A stretch of 51,129 nt of DNA, from positions 1-51,129 of the forward strand of contig DATJWT010000024.1 in assembly GCA_035500975.1 (NCBI GenBank). Direction: 5' to 3'. Below, in pieces: positions 26,563 through 36,291 of this stretch. A program made the translations under genes and the position numbers. The notes beneath the pieces were generated by a model. It had not been told where the DNA came from. It did not search any database and saw only the letters and a list, made by a program, of their open reading frames with translations. The DNA is from Candidatus Binataceae bacterium. GTDB taxonomy: Bacteria; Desulfobacterota; Binatia; Binatales; Binataceae. Within the stretch, counting starts at the first letter, position 1; every line of letters starts with the position of its first letter.

Positions 26563-26973
26563 CTACTTCACGTATGTGAGCATGCCCTGCTTGAGCACTC
26601 GTTCCAGGTAGGGGATCAGGTCCATCGTTTCCAGCTCCGCCGGCGTGACCCATCGCGCCTCGGCGTGTTCATTCGGGCGGAGCTTCAGGCTCTGGTACAC
26701 GGTCAGTCGGCAGGCGTAGATCGCCTGCATGTACGGCTCATCGATCATGTTGTGCAGCCCGATCAATCGATCGATTGTCACGTCGAGGGAAGTCTCTTCT
26801 TTGATCTCGCGCAGCAAGCCTTCCTCGGCGCTTTCCCTTAGCGCCAGATGACCCCCTGGCAGGTCCCATGTTCCGGGGCGATAGGGCATGACCGCGGAGC
26901 GTTTGAGCACCAGCAGACGTCCGCGATTTGCGATGACGCCATGAACGCCGACGTAAAATTGCACTTCTGCCAT
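26563..26973 (-). CDS. NUDIX hydrolase, 136 aa
   Basis: Nudix box GGHLALRESAEEGLLREIKEETSL. Confidence 0.85.
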   Translation of the reverse strand: MAEVQFYVGVHGVIANRGRLLVLKRSAVMPYRPGTWDLPGGHLALRESAEEGLLREIKEETSLDVTIDRLIGLHNMIDEPYMQAIYACRLTVYQSLKLRPNEHAEARWVTPAELETMDLIPYLERVLKQGMLTYVK

Positions 26974-27093
26974 GGGCGGTGGACGCTCCGAATTCAGTCA
27001 GGCTAGCGTGGCCGTGATCGCGTAGCCAGCCGGTTTGTCGCTTTCCGGCGATGAGCGTTAACATCCGCGGGTCGCTGCGGAAGGAGACCGTCG

Positions 27094-28323
27094 ATGGAGA
27101 AATCCGAATTCTATCGCGATGCGCGCCGGGACCTGGCCGGTCCCCTGGCGGGAATCCGCGTGCTCGAAGCAACCACGAGCTGGGCAGGCCCGATGTGCGG
27201 ATGTGTGCTGGCGGACCTGGGTGCCGAGGTTATCAAGGTGGAGGACCCGGCTGGCGAAGTCTCGCGTCGGGTTCCTCCGTTTCTGCCGGGTGCTTCGAAG
27301 CCGATCAGCTTTCTCCAGGCGACTGTGAATCGAAACAAGCGGAGCCTCACCCTCGACCTGCGCACTCCCGAAGGCCGCGACATCTTTCTCACTCTCACTC
27401 GGCGCGCCGACATCGTGGTGCAGAACTTCCGCCCCGGCACCTTCGATAAATGGGGCGTCGGCTATCGCGACTGCAGGGCGGTGAAACAGGACATCATCTA
27501 CATTTCAATCAGCGGCTTTGGCCTCTTCGGCCCGATTTCAGACCGTGTCGGATACGATCCCCTGGCGCAAGCGATGTCGGGATTCATGTCGCTGAACGGG
27601 CCCGTCGATGGCGGCCCCAGCAAGGCGCCCACGTTCCTCTGCGACGACCTGGCGGGCCTGCATGGCGCGATCGCGGCGCTGGGCGCATTGCAGCATCGCG
27701 CGCGCACGGGAGAGGGGCAGCATTGCGATGTGTCACTGCTCGATGCCGCCATCTTTCAGTCCAACGGCTACCCGATGCTGGCGGCGCTTGGGATTCCGAT
27801 GCCGCGGATGGGCAACGAATTTACGTTCTCGATCCCGTGCAACACCTATCACTGCCGCGACGGGATCGTGATGATGGGGACTCTGCTCGACACGCACTGG
27901 AAGGTTTTTGCCCGTATCGCCGGACGCGACGACCTTGCGGACAATCCCGACTTCGGGACGATCCCGGGCCGCATGAAGCATCGCGGCGAATGCAATGCGC
28001 TCGCCGCAAAGTGGTGCGCGGACCACACCGTCGCGCAGGTCTTGGAGATCTGCGGACGCGAGGGCATCGCGTGCGCTCCCGTGAACACCTACGAGCAGGC
28101 CGCGCATGACCCGCACGTGCACGCCCGCGACATGCTCCAGGAAACGGTTCAGGAAGACGGCTCGACCGCGCCCATCGTCGGACCCGCCATCAAGTTTTCG
28201 CGCACACCCACGAAGGTGCGCAGCGGCGCGCGAGCGTTAGGCGCGGACAACGATCAGATCCTGGGAGAATTGGGAATCGACTGCGCGGCACGCGACCGTT
28301 TGCGCAGCGCGAAGGTCATCTGA
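27094..28323 (+). CDS. family III CoA-transferase (CaiB/BaiF type), 409 aa
   Basis: AAGGAG RBS. The segments GIRVLEATTSWAGPMCGCVLADLGAEVIKVE, NKRSLTLDL and D..VQNFRPG are family III hallmarks. Confidence 0.9.
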   Translation: MEKSEFYRDARRDLAGPLAGIRVLEATTSWAGPMCGCVLADLGAEVIKVEDPAGEVSRRVPPFLPGASKPISFLQATVNRNKRSLTLDLRTPEGRDIFLTLTRRADIVVQNFRPGTFDKWGVGYRDCRAVKQDIIYISISGFGLFGPISDRVGYDPLAQAMSGFMSLNGPVDGGPSKAPTFLCDDLAGLHGAIAALGALQHRARTGEGQHCDVSLLDAAIFQSNGYPMLAALGIPMPRMGNEFTFSIPCNTYHCRDGIVMMGTLLDTHWKVFARIAGRDDLADNPDFGTIPGRMKHRGECNALAAKWCADHTVAQVLEICGREGIACAPVNTYEQAAHDPHVHARDMLQETVQEDGSTAPIVGPAIKFSRTPTKVRSGARALGADNDQILGELGIDCAARDRLRSAKVI

Positions 28324-29889
28324 TCAGCGCCGGCCCCATCCGCCGCCACCGGGAGTTTCGATGCGAACGCGGTCGCCCGGCTGGGCCGTCAGATTCGTCT
28401 TGGCGGCGAGCTTTGTGAGCTTCCTTCCCCGAACCAGGTAATTGGCTCCAGCAGCGCCTTCGCCGCCACCCGCTAAACCCCACGGCCGCAAGCTGCGCCG
28501 TTCGGTTAGCAGGCTCACGTTCGATTCAACCAGGCACTCCAACTCGCGTATCAGCCCGTCCCCGCCTCGTGCCTTGCCGCGTCCTCCGGAGCCGCGACGG
28601 ATCCGATACTCGGTGATTCGCATGGGATAGTAGGCCTCGAGCGCCTCGATGGGCGTATTGAGCGTGTTGGTCATGTGTGTGTGCAAACCCGACGCACCGG
28701 GATGGGCCGGCGCGGCGCCCGCGCCACCCGCAGTCGTCTCATAGTAGGAGAAGTGACGATTTCGAAAACGATCGAAGCCGCCGATCGTGAGATTGGACAT
28801 CGAGCCCGAGCTTGCCGCGGGAACACGATCGGGGGCAGCCTTGGCCAGCGCACGAAAGAGCACATCGACGATTCGTTGCGAGGTCTCCACGTTACCGCCT
28901 GCGACGGCGGCCGGAGGGAGCGCGTTCACAATCGACCCCGCCGGCGCGACCAGCTTGATTGGGCGCATGAGCCCCTCGTTGGCCGGCACCGCTTCCGAGG
29001 CCAGGCACTTCATCACGTAGAACGTGGCGGACAGCGTGATTGCATAGTTCGCGTTCACGGAACCGCGGACCTGCGGCGACGACCCGGCAAAATCGACCGC
29101 TGCGCGGCCATCGCGAATCGCGATTGCGACCTGGAGCGGAATCTTGCGCGTTCCGAAACCGTCATCGTCAAGAAAGTCGCGCGCGCGATAGGTCCCCGGC
29201 CTCAGCGCGCGTAGCGAAGATGTCATCAGTCGAGCCGAATATTCCTTGAGCGCATCCATCGCGGCGCTCACCGTAGATCGCCCTGACGCACTGACCACCG
29301 CGCGCAACCGATCGGAGCCAACTCGGAGCGCGGCGATCTGTGCGCGCAGGTCGCCTTCGCGTTCTTCGTGGACGCGGGTGTTCGCGAGGAACAACGCCAT
29401 CACATCGTGCGAGATTTCGCCACGCTCGACGATCTTCACCGGCGGGAGCCGAAAGCCCTCCTGGTAGATCTCGGTGGCTAGCGCCATCGAACCCGGTGCC
29501 ATGCCGCCAATGTCCGCGTGATGGGCCCGGTTCGCCGCATAGGCAAAAGGGCGGCGTTCATTGCCGAGAAAAATCGGCATCACCAGCGTGAGATCCGGTA
29601 GATGCGTACCGCCGGCAAACGGATCGTTTAATGCCGCGACATCCCCCGGGTTGAGCTGCAGATGCTCAATCGCTGCGCGCACCGAAAGCGGAGTTGAACC
29701 CAGATGCACCGGGATATGCGCGGCTTGTGCAACCAGTTCCCCGCGCGTGTCGAAGAGGGCGCAGGAAAAATCGTGACGCTCCTTGATGTTCGGAGAGTAG
29801 CCGGTCTGTCCAAGCACGACGCCCATTTCCTCTGCGATGGCGGCGAGCCGGTTGTTCATCACCGCCAGCGCGATCGCATCAAGTTTCAT
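28324..29889 (-). CDS. hyuB: hydantoinase B/oxoprolinase family protein, 521 aa
   Basis: ATG 29889 overlaps the hyuA stop (ATGA). The N-terminus reads [23 protein letters not shown]...[16 protein letters not shown]. The 193-codon upstream extension in the track lies inside hyuA. Confidence 0.9.
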   Translation of the reverse strand: MKLDAIALAVMNNRLAAIAEEMGVVLGQTGYSPNIKERHDFSCALFDTRGELVAQAAHIPVHLGSTPLSVRAAIEHLQLNPGDVAALNDPFAGGTHLPDLTLVMPIFLGNERRPFAYAANRAHHADIGGMAPGSMALATEIYQEGFRLPPVKIVERGEISHDVMALFLANTRVHEEREGDLRAQIAALRVGSDRLRAVVSASGRSTVSAAMDALKEYSARLMTSSLRALRPGTYRARDFLDDDGFGTRKIPLQVAIAIRDGRAAVDFAGSSPQVRGSVNANYAITLSATFYVMKCLASEAVPANEGLMRPIKLVAPAGSIVNALPPAAVAGGNVETSQRIVDVLFRALAKAAPDRVPAASSGSMSNLTIGGFDRFRNRHFSYYETTAGGAGAAPAHPGASGLHTHMTNTLNTPIEALEAYYPMRITEYRIRRGSGGRGKARGGDGLIRELECLVESNVSLLTERRSLRPWGLAGGGEGAAGANYLVRGRKLTKLAAKTNLTAQPGDRVRIETPGGGGWGRR

Positions 29890-31868
29890 CGCCCCGCCTC
29901 CAGGTGCAGATTCCCGTAGTCGTCGACGCGCAGCGTGAATTCCGGCGCGACATAGGCAGTGGCGCTCAACTCGACCACGATCGCAGGCCCGCGAAAGCGT
30001 GCGCCTGCGCCCAGCGAATCGCGCGCAAAGACCGGAGTGCGCCGCGCGCGAAAACCGACGAGGACCTGCGTATGAGATATGGGAGTCGCACGGCCGCGCT
30101 GCCGCCGAATTTCGACGATCGGCGGCGGTGCATCCGCCGCGCTCGCCCGCAGCCGCAGATTCACCACCTCGACGGCGGCTTGTGGCGCGCTGTGGCCGAA
30201 GGTGCGGCGATGGGCGGCGTGAAATGCCGCTTTGAAGTCGGCCGCGAACGGTATCTCCAATTCGTAGGACTGACCGAGGTAGCGCATGTCCAGGCGAATT
30301 TGGGCGTCGAATGCCGATGCGCTTGCGCCCTCTGCGAGAAGCTCTCGCTTCGCCCGTGTGACCAGTGGGCGTGCGCGCGCCGCGAGGGTCGCATAGGCAG
30401 GATCTTTCAGCCGCAGCGTCATCGAATATTCGCGGCCTAGCGGCGCACCCACGGCGCCCCACGCGCAAAGAAGTCCGGGGTTACGCGGAAACACGACATG
30501 GCGAATTCCCAGGTCCATCGCGAGTTCCGCGGCATGCATCGGCCCGGCGCCGCCGAACGCCAGCAGCGCGAAGTCACGCGGGTCGAAGCCGCGCTCGATC
30601 GTGATCACCCTGATGGCGCGCTCCATGTTCGCATTGACCACGCGAATCACGCCGCGCGCTGCCGCGATGGTGCTCGATTTCAATGCGGATGCGATCGGGC
30701 GCAGAGCTCTGGTGGCCCGCGCCGGATAGAGCTTCATCCTGCCGCCCAGGAAGTTAGATGCGACCAGCCGTCCCGCCACCAGGTCCGCATCCGTGACGGA
30801 GGGCGCGGTCCCGCGTCCATAGCATGCGGGACCCGGATCGGCGCCGGCGCTTTCAGGGCCAACGCGCAGCGAACCTCCCGCGTCGACGCGCGCGATCGAT
30901 CCGCCGCCTGCGCCAACGGTGTGGATGTCGATCACGGGGGCGCGCACCGCGTAGCCATCCGGGTAGCTTAGCGTTCGGATGCGCGCGGCACGATCGAACA
31001 AGGACACGTCGGTGGAAGTGCCGCCCATGTCGAAGGTGATGAACCTGTCGGTGCCGATCGCGCGTGCCAGGGCCGCCGCGCCGACGACTCCGGCGGCCGG
31101 ACCCGACAGGATAGTGCGAATCGGTTCGGTGCGCGCCAGCTCGACGCCCGTGGCGCTGCCGTTGGATTGCATGATGCGCAATTGCGACCGCGCCAGGTTC
31201 CGCTGCAGGTTTTGCAGATGCGACGCCATCTTCGGCGCCACGTACGCATTGACCACCGCCGTCGAGAATCGCTCGTACTCGCGATATTCGGCGAGCAATC
31301 GATGCGAGACGGAGAGCGGATGTCCGAGCTTGCCCAGTGCGCGCGCCAGCGCGTCTTCCGCGCGCGGGTTCGCATAGGAGTGCAACAGGCAGATTGCGAT
31401 CGATTGGGCGCCGGATCGTCTCGCAGTTCGGACCGCTCCTGAAATTTCGCCGCGGCTCAGCGTAGCCAGCGCGGAGCCGTCGAATAACGAACGCTCGCGC
31501 ACGCCAATCCGGCGCGCTCGCGGTACCAGGGGTTCGGGACGCGACGGCGCCAGTGCGTACAAATCGTCGCGATTTTGCCGGCCGATTTCGATCAGATCCT
31601 CGAAACCGGCATTGGTGACAATCGCGACACGCGCGCCCTTGCGCTCCAGCAGCGCGTTAGTCGCGACCGTCGAGCTGTAGGTGACGAGGTCAGGCACGAG
31701 GCCGGGCAGCATTTCGCGCAACCCGTTCAGAACTGCTCGTGCGGGATCGTCCGGAGTAGACGGGACCTTGTGGACCTGCACCTTGCCGCCGACCACGGCG
31801 ATCAAATCGGTGAAGGTTCCACCGGTGTCGATTCCGATGGTTGCGGCGCGAGTCTTGCGGGATCTCAT
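29886..31868 (-). CDS. hyuA: hydantoinase A/oxoprolinase family protein, 660 aa
   Basis: The segments IGIDTGGTFTDL and TFDMGGTSTDV (ASKHA-type ATPase motifs) are present. Confidence 0.9.
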   Translation of the reverse strand: MRSRKTRAATIGIDTGGTFTDLIAVVGGKVQVHKVPSTPDDPARAVLNGLREMLPGLVPDLVTYSSTVATNALLERKGARVAIVTNAGFEDLIEIGRQNRDDLYALAPSRPEPLVPRARRIGVRERSLFDGSALATLSRGEISGAVRTARRSGAQSIAICLLHSYANPRAEDALARALGKLGHPLSVSHRLLAEYREYERFSTAVVNAYVAPKMASHLQNLQRNLARSQLRIMQSNGSATGVELARTEPIRTILSGPAAGVVGAAALARAIGTDRFITFDMGGTSTDVSLFDRAARIRTLSYPDGYAVRAPVIDIHTVGAGGGSIARVDAGGSLRVGPESAGADPGPACYGRGTAPSVTDADLVAGRLVASNFLGGRMKLYPARATRALRPIASALKSSTIAAARGVIRVVNANMERAIRVITIERGFDPRDFALLAFGGAGPMHAAELAMDLGIRHVVFPRNPGLLCAWGAVGAPLGREYSMTLRLKDPAYATLAARARPLVTRAKRELLAEGASASAFDAQIRLDMRYLGQSYELEIPFAADFKAAFHAAHRRTFGHSAPQAAVEVVNLRLRASAADAPPPIVEIRRQRGRATPISHTQVLVGFRARRTPVFARDSLGAGARFRGPAIVVELSATAYVAPEFTLRVDDYGNLHLEAGR

Positions 31869-31902
31869 GGCAACGATAACGGAGCGAGCACCGTAAGAAT
31901 CG

Positions 31903-32850
31903 CTAGGACGGTTTCAGCAGGATTTTGAAGTTCGAGGAGCGCGTGGCGGTTTCCATCGCGCGCGGCCCATCTTCGAGCGAGAACGTGCCGTCGATCAGTG
32001 GGCGCAAATCGAGCTTGCCCGACTCGAGTGCGGCGAGTGCCGGAGCGAACCGGCCACATCGCGAGCCCACCACCGTAATTTCGTTAATCACCACTGGCGC
32101 GAGGTTCAGTGCGGCACCTGCCGCAGCAGTGCTTTTGAGCACAATTGTGCCGCGCGGCTTGACCAGCTCGATCGCGCGCATCAGCCCATTGCCATGTCCG
32201 GTGCAATCGACCACGTAGTCGTAGCTACCGGTGAGGTCTTGCTCGACCGCAGTCGAAAGCCCGAGTGCGGTGAGCCGGTCGAGTTTTTCACGATGGTGTC
32301 CGGCAACGATGGGCTGGTGACCCTCAGCCTTGAATGCGAGCGCGACCATCGCACCCAGACGCCCGTCGCCAAGCACTACAATGGATTTATCCGGTCCGAT
32401 TCGTAGCTGCTCGAAAATTTCGTATGCCGCCGCCAACGGCTCCGTGAACACTGCTGCTTCATCGGGCACCGAATCGGGAACGATCAGCAGGTTTTCGCTC
32501 GGTAGCGCCAGGTACTCCGCGAATGTTCCGTTGCGCCCCTTGATGCCAAGCACCGTGCGTTCCGCGCAGTGGCGGCCGAGTCCTGCGTGACAGAACGAGC
32601 AGTGTCCGCATGCGGCGTTGATTTCTCCGACCACGCGCTTGCCAGCGAGCTTCGCGTCATCGGTTTGAATGACCCGTCCGACGAATTCGTGCCCCGGGAT
32701 GCCCCGGTAATTCATGTACCCCCGCGTGATTTCCAAATCAGTGCCGCAGATGCCCGCCAGTGACACGCGCACGAGGCTCTCATTCGGTGGATGCGGATCC
32801 GGATAGTCCGCTTTGAAGCTGAGGCCGGGGTCAACGACTAGTGCACGCAT
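31903..32850 (-). CDS. zinc-dependent alcohol dehydrogenase (MDR superfamily), 315 aa
   Basis: MRALVV at ATG 32850. The segments GICGTDLE and GHEFVGRV, and the structural-zinc cysteines CGHCSFC, are present. Confidence 0.85.
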   Translation of the reverse strand: MRALVVDPGLSFKADYPDPHPPNESLVRVSLAGICGTDLEITRGYMNYRGIPGHEFVGRVIQTDDAKLAGKRVVGEINAACGHCSFCHAGLGRHCAERTVLGIKGRNGTFAEYLALPSENLLIVPDSVPDEAAVFTEPLAAAYEIFEQLRIGPDKSIVVLGDGRLGAMVALAFKAEGHQPIVAGHHREKLDRLTALGLSTAVEQDLTGSYDYVVDCTGHGNGLMRAIELVKPRGTIVLKSTAAAGAALNLAPVVINEITVVGSRCGRFAPALAALESGKLDLRPLIDGTFSLEDGPRAMETATRSSNFKILLKPS

Positions 32851-32976
32851 CGTGGTTCGCAAGCGCGGAACTCGCGCGACCGGCCCATTCAAACAGAAAG
32901 GGCGACGACGGCGCTAGCGTACCTGCGCTACGTCAGCAGGGTCGCTGGTGGCACGTTGGCGGGAGCGTGGGTTGGC

Positions 32977-33324
32977 TCAGTCGGCCGATTTGGCCGAGGA
33001 TGGCTTGTCTGACGATGCCGACTTGGAAGAAGCAGGCTTGGACTCGGCGGACGGCTTCGATTCGGACTTGGATTCGCTCTTGGTCTCGCTCGAACTGCCG
33101 TTCGAGCTCGATGCTTTCTCGGAAGACTCGGACGCGTTGTTCTTTCCCTTATTCGCGTAGTCGGTGGCGTACCATCCGGTGCCCTTAAGCACGAAGGAAC
33201 TCCGGGAGATCATGCGCTCGACCTTGCTTTTGCAATTCGGGCATTTCTTGAGAGGCGCCTCGGTGATGCGCTGTGTCACCTCGACCACGCCGCATTTGGG
33301 ACACTTGTATTCGTAGATTGGCAT
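32977..33324 (-). CDS. FmdB-family zinc-ribbon protein with Ser/Lys-rich tail, 115 aa
   Basis: [12 protein letters not shown]...CPNC gives a two-CxxC zinc ribbon. The C-terminal half is low-complexity ([15 protein letters not shown]). Confidence 0.8.
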   Translation of the reverse strand: MPIYEYKCPKCGVVEVTQRITEAPLKKCPNCKSKVERMISRSSFVLKGTGWYATDYANKGKNNASESSEKASSSNGSSSETKSESKSESKPSAESKPASSKSASSDKPSSAKSAD

Positions 33325-33441
33325 TTCCAGGTGTCGACTGCTGATGGCTGGGTGCCATCTCTTTATCTAGGTAATCACAGCCTGTTCCCGTGTCAACGCG
33401 AGGGTAAATCTTCGATTTTAATTCGCCCCCGGCCTTCTGCT

Positions 33442-33774
33442 TTAGAGGCGGACAAGCCTGGCTGCACAACTCAATGGGTCCGGGGTTTCGAGCCGAACGG
33501 TCTTACGATGCACTTTCCGGCCCCTGAGAATCGAAACTGCGGATTGCGGAACGCCAACGAGCTTCGCCATAAATCTCACCAGTTCCTCGTTAGCTTTGCC
33601 TCGCTCGGCAGGGGCCGCGATCGCCATGACTAGTCCGCGCTCCTCTACGCGCAACACTTGGTTGCGGCCTGACCTCGGGCGAACGACGACTTCGACACTT
33701 AGGCCGTCGGACTCTACCCGGATCCACTGTGGAAAAGACGCGGTGGCAGTCTCGATGGAGCGCGATTGCGTCAA
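33442..33774 (-). CDS. yggU: DUF167 (YggU) family protein, 110 aa
   Basis: The segment VVVRPRSGRNQV...IAAPAERGKANEELVRFMAKLLGV-like...RGRKVHRKTVRL is present. The only in-frame start after the yggT stop is TTG 33774, which overlaps that stop (TTGA). Confidence 0.7.
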   Translation of the reverse strand: MTQSRSIETATASFPQWIRVESDGLSVEVVVRPRSGRNQVLRVEERGLVMAIAAPAERGKANEELVRFMAKLVGVPQSAVSILRGRKVHRKTVRLETPDPLSCAARLVRL

Positions 33775-34073
33775 GCGTAACCGGGAACGAGCACGTGCAG
33801 GATGGTCGGGATGAGCCAAACCTGCACGAACTGAATCGCGATAATTACAACCAGCGGTGAGAAGTCGATGCCGCCGAAAAAGACTGGCAGATGCTCCCGC
33901 ACCCAGTCGAACACCGGTTCCGTGACGCTGTAGAGAAAGCGCACGATGGGGTTGTAGGGATTGGGCTCGATCCACGTCAGGAGAGCCGCGATTATCACGA
34001 TCCAGAAGTAGATATTGAGCAATCCCTCAAGAGTGCGCGCTACAAAGAAAATCAGGTTGGCCCAGGGACTCAA
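33771..34073 (-). CDS. yggT: YggT family membrane protein, 100 aa
   Basis: The segment LLNIYFWIVIIAALLTWI...NPIVRFLYSVTEPV...IDFSPLVVII is present. TTG 34073 is the first start after the proC stop, and the track ORF extends upstream into proC. Confidence 0.7.
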   Translation of the reverse strand: MSPWANLIFFVARTLEGLLNIYFWIVIIAALLTWIEPNPYNPIVRFLYSVTEPVFDWVREHLPVFFGGIDFSPLVVIIAIQFVQVWLIPTILHVLVPGYA

Positions 34074-34089
34074 GTGCGATGCATCCGTT

Positions 34090-34911
34090 CTAGCCCGCCC
34101 GGCCCAGCTCGCGTGAACGATCGGCCGCGGCGTGAATTGCGCGCGCAACGATATCAGAAAATCCGTTTTCCGCGAATCGGCGCAACGCCGCCTCGGTGGT
34201 GCCACCGGGCGATGCCACCACGCGAATCAGCTCCGCGGTATCCTGCCTGGATGCCCGCATCACGTGCTCCGCACCGCGCAGCGTCTGCAGCGCCATCCGC
34301 ATCGCCAGCGCCCGTGGGATGCCCTCGCTGATCGCCGCATCGGCCATCGACTTCGCAAACAGGTACACGTACGCGGGACCACTGCCCGACAAGGCCGTAA
34401 CGGCATCGAGCAGCTTCTCATCCTTGAGCGCGATCGCATCGCCGACCGCCTGGAAAATCCGCAGCGCGAACTTCTCGTCGGCCTGCGTCGCGCCTTTGCT
34501 GCGCACCAGTGCCGCCATTCCCTGCCCAACCATCGCTGGCGCATTCGGCATAACCCGGATGACGCGGGCACGCGCTCCCAGAAATCGGCAAACGCGTTCT
34601 ATGGGAATCCCCGCCGCAATCGAAATGAAGAGATGGCCCTTCGCACCCGGTTTCAACGCCGATGCGATCTCGGCAAGGACGTCGTCGATGGTCTGGGGCT
34701 TGACCGCGAGCAGAATCGCGCGCGCCTCGCGGATCACCGTCAGGTTGTCATCGGTTGTCTGGATTTTGAGCATTCGCTTGAGCGCGTTGCGGCGCGCCGC
34801 GGCGACATCCGAGGCGACGATGTCCGCGGCGCGGAAGACCTTGTTTTCGATGAGGCCGCGCGCGAGCGCTTCCGCCATGTTGCCGCCGCCGATAAAGCCG
34901 AGTTTCTTCAC
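34090..34911 (-). CDS. proC: pyrroline-5-carboxylate reductase, 273 aa
   Basis: KLGFIGGGNMAEAL Rossmann motif and C-terminal SPGGTTEAAL. The GTG start overlaps the yggS stop (GTGA). Confidence 0.9.
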   Translation of the reverse strand: MKKLGFIGGGNMAEALARGLIENKVFRAADIVASDVAAARRNALKRMLKIQTTDDNLTVIREARAILLAVKPQTIDDVLAEIASALKPGAKGHLFISIAAGIPIERVCRFLGARARVIRVMPNAPAMVGQGMAALVRSKGATQADEKFALRIFQAVGDAIALKDEKLLDAVTALSGSGPAYVYLFAKSMADAAISEGIPRALAMRMALQTLRGAEHVMRASRQDTAELIRVVASPGGTTEAALRRFAENGFSDIVARAIHAAADRSRELGRAG

Positions 34912-35597
34912 CGTTTCCGCTCTCCAAATGCCGCGCGCCCGACTCGCACGATGGTTGCGCCTTCCTCGATCGCAATTTCGAAGTCGTCCGTCATTCCCAT
35001 CGAGAGTTCCGCGAGCCCAAGCCCGCTTTGCGCCGCAAGACTATCGCGCATCTCGCGCAGGCGCGAGAAGTAGGGACGCGATTGCTCGGGGTTCACCACC
35101 GGCGGTGGTATCACCATCAACCCTCCGACATGCACGTATTCGCGCACCTCCTCTATGAGGCGCGCGACTTCGGCTGGCGCGATGCCGTGCTTGCTCGTTT
35201 CTCCTCCGAGGTTCACCTCGATAAGTACGTGAAAGCGTGAGGCCGGATGGGCGCGATGGATCGCATGGGCGAGCCGGGCCGAATGCAGGCTATGAATCAG
35301 CTGAAACATCGAGCACGCCTGACGCACCTTGTTGCTCTGGAGATGTCCAATCAGATGCCATTGGATGTCGTGCAGGCCGGCGAGGGCGTGATGCTTTGCG
35401 ACCGCCTCCTGCACGTAGTTCTCACCGAAGTCGCGCGCGCCCGCCTGGTAGGCGGCGCGGATGACCTCTGGCGGTTGGGTCTTGCTCGCGAGAACCAGGC
35501 GGATCGATTGAGGATCGCGCGATGATCGTGTGGCAGCTGCCGCGATCCGTGCGCGCACTCCCGCGATCCGTTCGGCGATGTTCTCCTGGGCGTGCAT
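34908..35597 (-). CDS. yggS: YggS-family pyridoxal-phosphate homeostasis protein, 229 aa
   Basis: The segments LVLASKTQP (PLP Lys), FGENYVQE, WHLIGHLQSNK and ELSMGMTDDFE are present. Confidence 0.9.
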   Translation of the reverse strand: MHAQENIAERIAGVRARIAAAATRSSRDPQSIRLVLASKTQPPEVIRAAYQAGARDFGENYVQEAVAKHHALAGLHDIQWHLIGHLQSNKVRQACSMFQLIHSLHSARLAHAIHRAHPASRFHVLIEVNLGGETSKHGIAPAEVARLIEEVREYVHVGGLMVIPPPVVNPEQSRPYFSRLREMRDSLAAQSGLGLAELSMGMTDDFEIAIEEGATIVRVGRAAFGERKR

Positions 35598-36181
35598 TAA
35601 CCCCTGGTGTGGATGCCGTGGCGTCGCAGCGCGTCCAGAACATTGCGCACCGGGAGTCCCATCACGTTGTCGCGCGGACCATCGACGCGCGCGATAAAGC
35701 CGCCTCCGATTCCCTGGATTCCATAGGCGCCGGCTTTGTCGAACGGCTCTCCCGTCGCGATGTACCGGGAGATTTCTTCATCGCTCAGCGCGCGAAAGAA
35801 GACGGCGCTTTCGACCGCATCCGCCTCAATCACCCGGCCATCGCGCGCGATCGCGAACGCCGTTACGACCGTGTGTCTTCGTCCGGACAGCCTCTTCAGC
35901 ATTCGCCGCGCGTCATTTGGGTCTGAAGGCTTTTCGAGTATTTCGCCGCCGCACTCAACGACAGTGTCTGCTCCCAGCACAACGGCGGTCGCTGCTCGCG
36001 ATGAGACGGCGGACGCCTTCGCCCTAGCCATCCGCAGAGCGTACTCGCGTGCGGGCTCCTGCGCCGCCCGCAACTCTTCCACGCCGCTCTCCATCAACTC
36101 AAATGCCAGGCCGGCTTCGGTCAGTAGTTGCCGCCGTCGCGGAGACCCGGACGCAAGCACGAGTATGGGTTGGTTCTGCAT
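35597..36181 (-). CDS. maf: Maf-like nucleoside-triphosphate pyrophosphatase, 194 aa
   Basis: The segments ILVLASGSPRRRQLL and KAGAYGIQG are present. Start chosen at ATG 36181; the track start at 36223 is also possible. Confidence 0.8.
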   Translation of the reverse strand: MQNQPILVLASGSPRRRQLLTEAGLAFELMESGVEELRAAQEPAREYALRMARAKASAVSSRAATAVVLGADTVVECGGEILEKPSDPNDARRMLKRLSGRRHTVVTAFAIARDGRVIEADAVESAVFFRALSDEEISRYIATGEPFDKAGAYGIQGIGGGFIARVDGPRDNVMGLPVRNVLDALRRHGIHTRG

Positions 36182-36291
36182 GATGGCTGAATCGAGTGTT
36201 CCTGACGGAAAAGCTGTGGACAAGAGCAGGTGAACAGAATGAGCACCCCAATTGAAGCGACGCGATTAATTGGTAGGCTGATCATGATCTG

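Noticed and set aside
32977-33150. Apparent tandem repeats (GATTCGGACTTGGATTCG...)
   Set aside because: They encode the low-complexity Ser/Lys/Glu tail of the FmdB-like protein, so they reflect coding low complexity rather than a separate repeat element.
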